Origin: Alkanindiges illinoisensis DSM 15370
GTDB lineage: Bacteria; Pseudomonadota; Gammaproteobacteria; Pseudomonadales; Moraxellaceae
Direction: 5' to 3'
DNA length: 32,000 nucleotides
Assembly: GCF_000619845.1 (NCBI RefSeq)
Contig: NZ_JHUX01000003.1
Span: forward strand, 1,570,064-1,602,063
Within the stretch, counting starts at the first letter, position 1; the number at the start of each line of letters is the position of its first letter. Positions 1 to 5,171 of the stretch are shown here, in pieces. Made by a program: the position numbers and the translations under genes. The notes beneath the pieces were generated by a model. That model was given only the letters and a program-made list of their open reading frames with translations. It had not been told where the DNA came from and searched no databases.

Positions 1-139
1 CATCAGCATTTGGCGCATGATGACACCGGCTTGAATGCCAGTAATGTTGGCAGCGGCTTCAAATATCTTTGTTTCATCATCGGTCAGATTGATATTGAAG
101 CGGTTGTCACGCTTTTGTTTTCTGATACGCAATGACATG
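1..139 (-). CDS. Early-operon protein, ribbon-helix-helix-like, 3' end outside the window
   Basis: ATG at 137-139 is preceded by an AGGAG RBS that overlaps the stop of the upstream gene. Translation is MSLRIRKQKRDNRFNINLTDDETKIFEAAANITGIQAGVIMRQMLM..., a basic N-terminus followed by a beta-strand/helix pattern typical of RHH/MobC-like DNA binders. This ORF is not in the supplied track because it is truncated. Confidence 0.55.
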
Positions 140-147
140 ACCCGCTC

Positions 148-354
148 CTAGTTCTGACTTTGGTTGGCATTTTGGCTGGCGAGCTTGCCGGCATAGTAAA
201 ACTTGGCAATAACGCTAGAACGGCTGGAATCAGTCTGCTCTGCAATTTCATCCAGAAATTTGAGTTCTTCCGCTGGAAGATACAGGGCGCAACGCTCACG
301 ACCACCTGAGATTTTGCGGGCGCGTGTCGATTTAGGTGAATTTGATGTGCTCAT
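148..354 (-). CDS. Ribbon-helix-helix (CopG/Arc-like) DNA-binding protein, first gene of the leftward early operon (functional analogue of Cro/Cox/Apl)
   Basis: Uses the internal ATG of track ORF 148..399. MSTSNSPKSTRARKISGGRERCALYLPAEELKFLDEIAEQTDSSRSSVIAKFYY has the RHH pattern (beta strand RCALYLP, then helices). It is divergent from the repressor gene across an operator-containing 80-bp region. Confidence 0.65.
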   Translation of the reverse strand: MSTSNSPKSTRARKISGGRERCALYLPAEELKFLDEIAEQTDSSRSSVIAKFYYAGKLASQNANQSQN

Positions 355-378
355 AAGGTAAACTCGGCCATAGTGATA

Positions 379-398
379 TGCTATAGCCCAATATAGCA
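379..398. promoter_or_regulatory. Operator-like inverted repeat in the divergent switch region
   Basis: Perfect 7-bp inverted repeat TGCTATA-GCCCAA-TATAGCA, lying between the divergent RHH gene (start 354) and the repressor gene (start 436). Confidence 0.55.
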
Positions 399-435
399 CA
401 AATATTTACCCTTTCAATAGAAATAGGTGAAATTT

Positions 436-891
436 ATGTCTGATTCTTCAGATTCGAATATACATAGCGCCGAAAACATAGCGCATCGCTTTAATGATGA
501 AGTCGCACGTAATGGCTTTAAGGCTAAAAGTTTGTCGCGTGATATTGGCGCGCATGAAAACACGCTGGGCAATTATGTTCGGGGCAAGGTGCCGGATCAG
601 TGGGTGTATTTAGCCAGGCTGCATGAAAAAGGCATTGATATTCGTTATGTGCTGCTGGGCATTGACCCGGATTTTGCAGGGCTGACCAGTGAAGAAAGCC
701 TGTTATTAAAAGCCTATCGGCAGATTAGTCCTGAAGGACAGGAAGCATTACTGGGTTTGGCCAAGGCCTATGCAAAAGATGGTGAAAAAAATGCAATGGT
801 ACAAAGTCAGTATATGGAACCGCTTGATTATGATTTTGATTTGCCAAGCATTAAAATAAAAACTGATGACGATGAAAAATCGTCTGCATAA
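436..891 (+). CDS. XRE/CI-type helix-turn-helix immunity repressor
   Basis: AGGTGA RBS at 425-430 is 5 nt upstream of the ATG at 436; the track start at 427 is a GTG inside the RBS. HTH segment FKAKSLSRDIGAHENTLGNYVRGK...YLARLHEKGIDIRYVLLG. It is divergent from the early operon, as C is in P2 and CI in 186. Confidence 0.8.
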   Translation: MSDSSDSNIHSAENIAHRFNDEVARNGFKAKSLSRDIGAHENTLGNYVRGKVPDQWVYLARLHEKGIDIRYVLLGIDPDFAGLTSEESLLLKAYRQISPEGQEALLGLAKAYAKDGEKNAMVQSQYMEPLDYDFDLPSIKIKTDDDEKSSA

Positions 892-921
892 AAAAACCGG
901 CAACTGAAAACCAGCTGCCGG
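891..921 (-). terminator. Rho-independent terminator of the 1657->939 minus-strand operon
   Basis: The minus strand reads CCGGCAGCTG-gtttt-CAGTTGCCGG (10-bp stem with one G-U pair) followed by TTTTTTT. It lies between convergent genes. Confidence 0.75.
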
Positions 922-938
922 TGATACCACTGCCTAAA

Positions 939-1520
939 CTAACTATCCAGCTTATGCTGCACTTTCTCTAGCTTTTGCTCAATGTCCAGCAGCTTATACA
1001 CCAGGTCATTTAAATTATAGGTGACCTGCGGATTGTTGACTGCACTCTCCAGTGAGCTGCGCCAGATGCGGATGTTACCCAGTGCCATGTCCAGCAATAA
1101 ACCTGTGTCGGGCTGTTGATTTGGATTGACTTGCATAGTTCTCCTGTTGTCCGTTGATATTGTTTGGGTGCTGGCAATCCTGTTTAACTGAAAACGCCAG
1201 CCTGCCACCGCCTCATCATACCAAATGGAACTTTTTACAACGCCCGTTCCATGAAAAATTGGATATTTTGCGTCAGCCAGTGACGCAGTAATGTCTTCGA
1301 GTGGTGGCAGGGCTGGCTGTTCTTCCTGCTGTAATAAGGCTCTGATTTGCTCATAGGAAATCACCAGAAAACCATGCTGGGTAGTATGGTTGATGTTATG
1401 CCCCTGCTGCACCAGATAATCTACCGCAGCAAACAGTTGTTTAAGCACTTTGCGGCTTTTCTTGCAGGTGGCCATGACACGATCGCCAATGGGAACGTAA
1501 GGAATGATGGAATCGTTCAT
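939..1520 (-). CDS. Hypothetical protein, 193 aa, no recognisable domain
   Basis: Long ORF with backbone-like composition. Its ATG overlaps the stop of the upstream small ORF (ATGA). The C-terminus looks coiled-coil-like (LNDLVYKLLDIEQKLEKVQHKL). Confidence 0.6.
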   Translation of the reverse strand: MNDSIIPYVPIGDRVMATCKKSRKVLKQLFAAVDYLVQQGHNINHTTQHGFLVISYEQIRALLQQEEQPALPPLEDITASLADAKYPIFHGTGVVKSSIWYDEAVAGWRFQLNRIASTQTISTDNRRTMQVNPNQQPDTGLLLDMALGNIRIWRSSLESAVNNPQVTYNLNDLVYKLLDIEQKLEKVQHKLDS

Positions 1521-1657
1521 TTGGCACCTGCCTTGATTTTTGCAATCAGTTTGGCAAGCGTGCTTTGAGGTATAGCAAAGTTGGATGCGGTTAAGCGGTT
1601 ATAGCAGATAAGGTCGAATTGAGTGCTTGGACGTGCAGGTGCCTGACGTAACTTCAT
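1517..1657 (-). CDS. Small (46 aa) putative HTH protein, translationally coupled to the 193-aa ORF
   Basis: MKLRQAPARPSTQFDLICYNRLTASNFAIPQSTLAKLIAKIKAGAK. ATGA overlap with the downstream gene. Below the 60-aa cutoff of the ORF track. The RBS is weak (gagaaaag). Confidence 0.4.
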   Translation of the reverse strand: MKLRQAPARPSTQFDLICYNRLTASNFAIPQSTLAKLIAKIKAGAK

Positions 1658-1688
1658 AGTCTTTTCTCGTGAATAAGTTTTAAGTTAT

Positions 1689-1791
1689 CCACCACCTAAC
1701 TTTCCTAGGGTTAGGGTGGCAGATCAGACAAGGCTAGGAAAACCGCTTCACGAGTCGCGGCCAGCCCGAAGGCTGCCCCATCTGATCCACC
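1689..1791 (-). ncRNA. Structured leader or cis-regulatory element upstream of the small-ORF operon; family not recognised
   Basis: Nested complementarity: 1715-1728 pairs with 1781-1791 (GGTGGcAGATCAGA/TCTGATCCACC). The inner hairpin 1762-1775 reads CAGCC-UUCG-GGCUG on the minus strand, a cUUCGg tetraloop. A second hairpin is 1689-1700/1710-1719. Confidence 0.35.
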
Positions 1792-1816
1792 ATAAAAGTA
1801 TGACCAAACAGTTGGC

Positions 1817-1840
1817 AAAAAAATAGCCGCTGAAGCGACT
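1817..1840 (-). terminator. Rho-independent terminator downstream of the NDT-like gene
   Basis: The minus strand reads AGTCGC-TTCA-GCGGCT followed by ATTTTTTT. It lies about 100 nt after the stop at 1941. Confidence 0.6.
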
Positions 1841-1909
1841 GTGTTTTTGCGCTCGTGAAGTATATGCGAGTTTCCTAGGCTCGACACCGATTTTGCGGTG
1901 TAAATATAT

Positions 1910-1938
1910 CTTGTGTCATAGCGTGCTGTTATGTCAAG
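1910..1938 (+). repeat. Cargo-island 29-bp repeat, copy 1
   Basis: CTTGTGTCATAGCGTGCTGTTATGTCAAG. It ends 2 nt from the stop codon of the NDT-like gene. Confidence 0.9.
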
Positions 1939-1940
1939 GG

Positions 1941-2873
1941 TTATTTAAGTACTATCATCTCCATAATACTAACATCTGGTACAACTGTTCTCACTAACTC
2001 TAAAAGTCTATCAAGCATAAAAGTAAAAGGTTTATCCGAAATAATATAGATACTGTTTACCTCCTTATCAGTGAAAAGAGAGTTATTTTTATTAGAATTT
2101 TCTACTGAAAGTCTTTCAAATTTCAATTTAGGATATATTGAATTTATTTGAGTTTTAAAACTTTCATATTCTATATCAGTTAAATATCTTTGTAATATTA
2201 ATCTTAAAATATTCTTTTTGACTTCAATATCATAACTTGATTTGGCTAAGTTTTGATTAGATTGATTTAAAGTAACCTTAGATAATAAATTTTCAATATT
2301 GTCTAACCGATCTAATAGATATCGTTGTGGATCATTCTCCTGAATTTGATCTCTAATAATTTTAGTACTTGAAACCCTATGAACTGGATTATCAGCTTCA
2401 GTTTGGCTCATAGCATCAACAACCGCAGCTTCTAATGCTGGTTTTAATTCTTCAGCTCCATGCATATCATTAAAATAAAAAATGGTACGTTCAGCAGCAA
2501 TATCAAATGGTAGTTTAGTACCATGCTCCGCTAAAACTACAACTGGCTTATTGGTGCAATGCCGTACTGCCAGCTCATACATGACATTGGGATTAAGCTC
2601 ACTTAAATTAGCAATTACCAAATCATCAAATAGGACACGTTCGATAACCTGGCGAGGAATTGAGCCAGCCACTGAGATTTCGTGAGCTGCAACAACATCA
2701 AAACCCATTTCCTTAAGAACAGGGCGCATTACTGCTCTAATTAGTCCATCGGCCGCCCTACGGGTTGGCGTGTTGTCTCCACCAATTGGGGTGACAATAA
2801 AGCATTTTTTCTTTTCATTAACAGCATCATCACTCATGTTTTCATTATTGGTAGCTGATTTTTTTGCAGTCAC
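1941..2873 (-). CDS. Nucleoside 2-deoxyribosyltransferase-like (TIR-related Rossmannoid) domain protein with an uncharacterised C-terminal domain; candidate defence effector
   Basis: GTG start with a GGA-type RBS 9 nt upstream. N-terminal motifs are KKCFIVTPIGG, DLVIANLSELNPNVMYELAV, NKPVVVLA and LPFDIAAERTIFY. These match the CFVIMPFG...ADLS..NPNV.YELG...KP...PFD pattern I associate with NDT-like folds. The C-terminal ~135 aa are AT-rich-encoded with no recognisable motif. Confidence 0.6.
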   Translation of the reverse strand: MTAKKSATNNENMSDDAVNEKKKCFIVTPIGGDNTPTRRAADGLIRAVMRPVLKEMGFDVVAAHEISVAGSIPRQVIERVLFDDLVIANLSELNPNVMYELAVRHCTNKPVVVLAEHGTKLPFDIAAERTIFYFNDMHGAEELKPALEAAVVDAMSQTEADNPVHRVSSTKIIRDQIQENDPQRYLLDRLDNIENLLSKVTLNQSNQNLAKSSYDIEVKKNILRLILQRYLTDIEYESFKTQINSIYPKLKFERLSVENSNKNNSLFTDKEVNSIYIISDKPFTFMLDRLLELVRTVVPDVSIMEMIVLK

Positions 2874-2904
2874 TTGCTTGTATCCTAATGATCTTTAAAA
2901 ATAG

Positions 2905-2933
2905 CTTGTTCCATAGTGTGCTGTTATGTCAAG
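2905..2933 (+). repeat. Cargo-island 29-bp repeat, copy 2
   Basis: CTTGTTCCATAGTGTGCTGTTATGTCAAG, 26/29 identical to copy 1. It lies in the divergent intergenic region between modules A and B. Confidence 0.9.
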
Positions 2934-2978
2934 ATTTGGACAGAATATTTTGATAAAACTAATAATTTTGGGGTAAGT

Positions 2979-3776
2979 ATGGCGTTTATTGGGGCAATTT
3001 TATTTTTATTCCTTATAGCCGTAGTGGTGGCTACAATAGCTGGTCTAATTAATCCAAAAACGCTTGTAAACAAGAAAAAGCCTGAACAGGTTATGAGCCG
3101 AAAACAGATTCTAGGTAGTGGGATAGCCCTTTGTTTATTGCTGGTTGCTTTGATTGGTGTAGTAGCAAGTGATGATAAGGTGAAAGTAACAACTGCCATT
3201 AACGATCCTAGCCCAGCTGCCGCAAAGAAAGAAGAACCTACTAATCTGACAGTCCAAAATAATAACAATCCTACTGAACCTGCCAGTTCTCAATCTGCTG
3301 AAACAGTCCAGCAAAACCTTGGTATAACCGCTGAAGAATTTCGGCAAAAATTTAATGCTGAACTAAAAAAAGCTGATCTATCAGAATTAAGACCTGTAGC
3401 CGAATTTGATATTAAGCAAGGTGAAAAAGCAGGTACTTTTAATGTGATGTTTGGTGATGCCTTAGGCATGATGGGTGTAGTCGATAAACAGAATAATTTG
3501 AAAAGCCTTATTTTTATGATGGGTAGAACTGATGAGGGTGAAAAAGTTGGACTAAATTTATTATTGCTTAGTTCCTTTGCGGCCCGTGTATTAAATCCAG
3601 AAGTTGAACATGAAAAAACAGCGACTACCTTAATGGGACTTATCCAAAAGGCCATGAAAGATCCTACAGCGGAAAATAATACGCATAGTCAGGTCTTTGG
3701 GAATACTAAATATTACTCATTAGCCAGTCCCTACACGGGTTTATGGGTTGGGTTTGAGCCTGTGGAGAAAAAATAA
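2979..3776 (+). CDS. Membrane protein: two N-terminal TM helices, low-complexity linker, ~160-aa periplasm-facing globular domain
   Basis: I prefer ATG 2979 (MAFIGAILFLFLIAVVVATIAGL...) to the track GTG 2916, which lies inside repeat copy 2. TM1 is followed by a KKK-rich loop, then TM2 (ILGSGIALCLLLVALIGVVA), then a P/N/S/Q-rich linker. The stop overlaps the next start (TAATG). Confidence 0.7.
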   Translation: MAFIGAILFLFLIAVVVATIAGLINPKTLVNKKKPEQVMSRKQILGSGIALCLLLVALIGVVASDDKVKVTTAINDPSPAAAKKEEPTNLTVQNNNNPTEPASSQSAETVQQNLGITAEEFRQKFNAELKKADLSELRPVAEFDIKQGEKAGTFNVMFGDALGMMGVVDKQNNLKSLIFMMGRTDEGEKVGLNLLLLSSFAARVLNPEVEHEKTATTLMGLIQKAMKDPTAENNTHSQVFGNTKYYSLASPYTGLWVGFEPVEKK

Positions 3777-4759
3777 TGATGACAGATCCAGGGTTTTTAA
3801 GTGAATTGGAGTATAGCCGAAAGCATGAGGAAGAAGTGCAACGATTAAAGGTTGAGGCTGAACTTAATCAATTTAATAAAGAAAAAGATAAGATCCTAGC
3901 CAATATAAACAGGTTGGAAAACAAATTAAGTAAAGTAAGTAAAAATTCAACTCTCATAAAGAGTATTGATAGTATTAAGCATGCTATGAATACTGAACTT
4001 AAACATCCTCGTGAAGTAACACTATTAAATCTGCTTGAATCAAGCATTCATAGTATGAATCTAGAAATTGAAAAATATGAAAATAAACTTCTTTTGGAAA
4101 ATGCCTTATTTGGAAACATTATTGCAGAATTAGCCGCAATTGAAAGGGCTTTTCAAATTTATAGAGAATCTGCATATTCATTTGAAAAATTTGTCAGGGA
4201 ACCATTTAATGTTTCTTTTACAGAAGTTTTGGAAGAATTGAGGTCATTTAGAAAATCGAGAGCTATTGCTGATAATGCGCGCACAGAAGATTTTTATAAT
4301 AAGGCTGTTGAAAAATATACTGACCTAGAAAGTATATATAGAAAATATTTTTATAATGGAGTAGCTATTCTTGCGGCTTTTACACTTTTATCTACTTTAT
4401 TTAAAAAATACTTTATTGAATATGATGTGATTAGCACAATTGATTTTTGGATAATTAAAGGTTCTGCCCTAATTATTGGAATAACTTTAATTACTTATTT
4501 TTTGAAACAGTCTACTCGTTATCAGAAACTGGCTGACCAAAACTATCAGACACAAGTTGAGTTACAAGCTTATCCTAGCTATATAGAAAGTATTCCTACC
4601 AGTGAAGCAGCTGCTATCCGTAAAGAACTGGCCCTTAAATATTTTGGTCGTGAAATCGATAAAGACAGCAGTAGTTCTAATGAATTACTCACTGACCAGA
4701 TTCAAGCGAGTACTGAGCTGGTCAAAGCATCTATAGAAATTATTAAAAATGTAAAATGA
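3776..4759 (+). CDS. Coiled-coil protein with a C-proximal TM hairpin (possible SLATT-like 2TM effector)
   Basis: About 200 aa of heptad-like, E/K/L/N-rich sequence. Two TM helices follow (GVAILAAFTLLSTLF and GSALIIGITLITYFL), then an ~80-aa tail. Translationally coupled to the upstream gene. Confidence 0.7.
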   Translation: MMTDPGFLSELEYSRKHEEEVQRLKVEAELNQFNKEKDKILANINRLENKLSKVSKNSTLIKSIDSIKHAMNTELKHPREVTLLNLLESSIHSMNLEIEKYENKLLLENALFGNIIAELAAIERAFQIYRESAYSFEKFVREPFNVSFTEVLEELRSFRKSRAIADNARTEDFYNKAVEKYTDLESIYRKYFYNGVAILAAFTLLSTLFKKYFIEYDVISTIDFWIIKGSALIIGITLITYFLKQSTRYQKLADQNYQTQVELQAYPSYIESIPTSEAAAIRKELALKYFGREIDKDSSSSNELLTDQIQASTELVKASIEIIKNVK

Positions 4760-4767
4760 ATATGCTT

Positions 4768-4796
4768 CTTGTGTCTTAGCGTGCCGCTATGTCATT
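4768..4796 (+). repeat. Cargo-island 29-bp repeat, copy 3
   Basis: CTTGTGTCTTAGCGTGCCGCTATGTCATT, 24/29 identical to copy 1. It starts 9 nt after the stop of the module B operon. Confidence 0.85.
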
Positions 4797-4865
4797 ATTC
4801 AAAAATAATTTAGTATTTTTTTGGATTGACATACTTATAAAACATTCAAAAGTCAAGGAATGACG

Positions 4866-5075
4866 ATGAAAAAAGCATTTTTATTAAGTTTAATTATTGG
4901 CATTAATCCTGCTGCTATGGCAGCAACTTGCAAAGACTTTAAGACGCATGCACAGGCTCAGGCTTATTTTGATGCCAAAAAGCCGGGTTATAAGCGACTG
5001 GATCGGGACAAGGATGGTAGCGCCTGTGACTGCTTGCCTGGTGGTAATGGGAAGAAATGTCCAAAGCGGAAGTAA
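4866..5075 (+). CDS. Secreted Excalibur calcium-binding domain miniprotein
   Basis: AAGGA RBS at 4855-4859 favours ATG 4866 over 4860. Signal peptide MKKAFLLSLIIGINPAAMAA, then CKDF..HAQAQAYF....YKRLDRDKDGSACDC, the Excalibur DxDxDGxxC(E/D) motif. Confidence 0.75.
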   Translation: MKKAFLLSLIIGINPAAMAATCKDFKTHAQAQAYFDAKKPGYKRLDRDKDGSACDCLPGGNGKKCPKRK

Positions 5076-5171
5076 CTGCTGCGGAGCAATTAAACTAATT
5101 CGTAACCATAATAGTAATGCCTATAATCGGCAGTGTCAGTAATTTTTAAAAGGTTAATTTAAAAGGATTTA

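Noticed and set aside
1689-1900. Retron msr/msd or a tRNA/tmRNA-like fragment (the ...TCTGATCCACCA ending at 1792 looks like an acceptor end)
   Set aside because: There is no reverse transcriptase gene anywhere in the window. No T-loop (GTTCGAATC-type) or D-loop precedes the CCACCA, and no cloverleaf can be drawn.
2916-2978. Upstream extension of the first module-B gene from GTG 2916 (track ORF 2916..3776)
   Set aside because: The GTG lies inside repeat copy 2. The extension (MCCYVKIWTEYFDKTNNFGVS) has no RBS, and the TM signal begins at the ATG at 2979.
1910-4796. The 29-bp repeats as a CRISPR array
   Set aside because: There are only three copies, spaced 995 and 1863 bp apart, with protein-coding genes between them and no cas genes. 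The spacing and content are incompatible with CRISPR.
4897-5142. 81-aa ORF overlapping the Excalibur gene in another frame
   Set aside because: It has no RBS and its product is Arg/Leu-rich and low-complexity. The overlapping frame has a clear signal peptide and domain motif.
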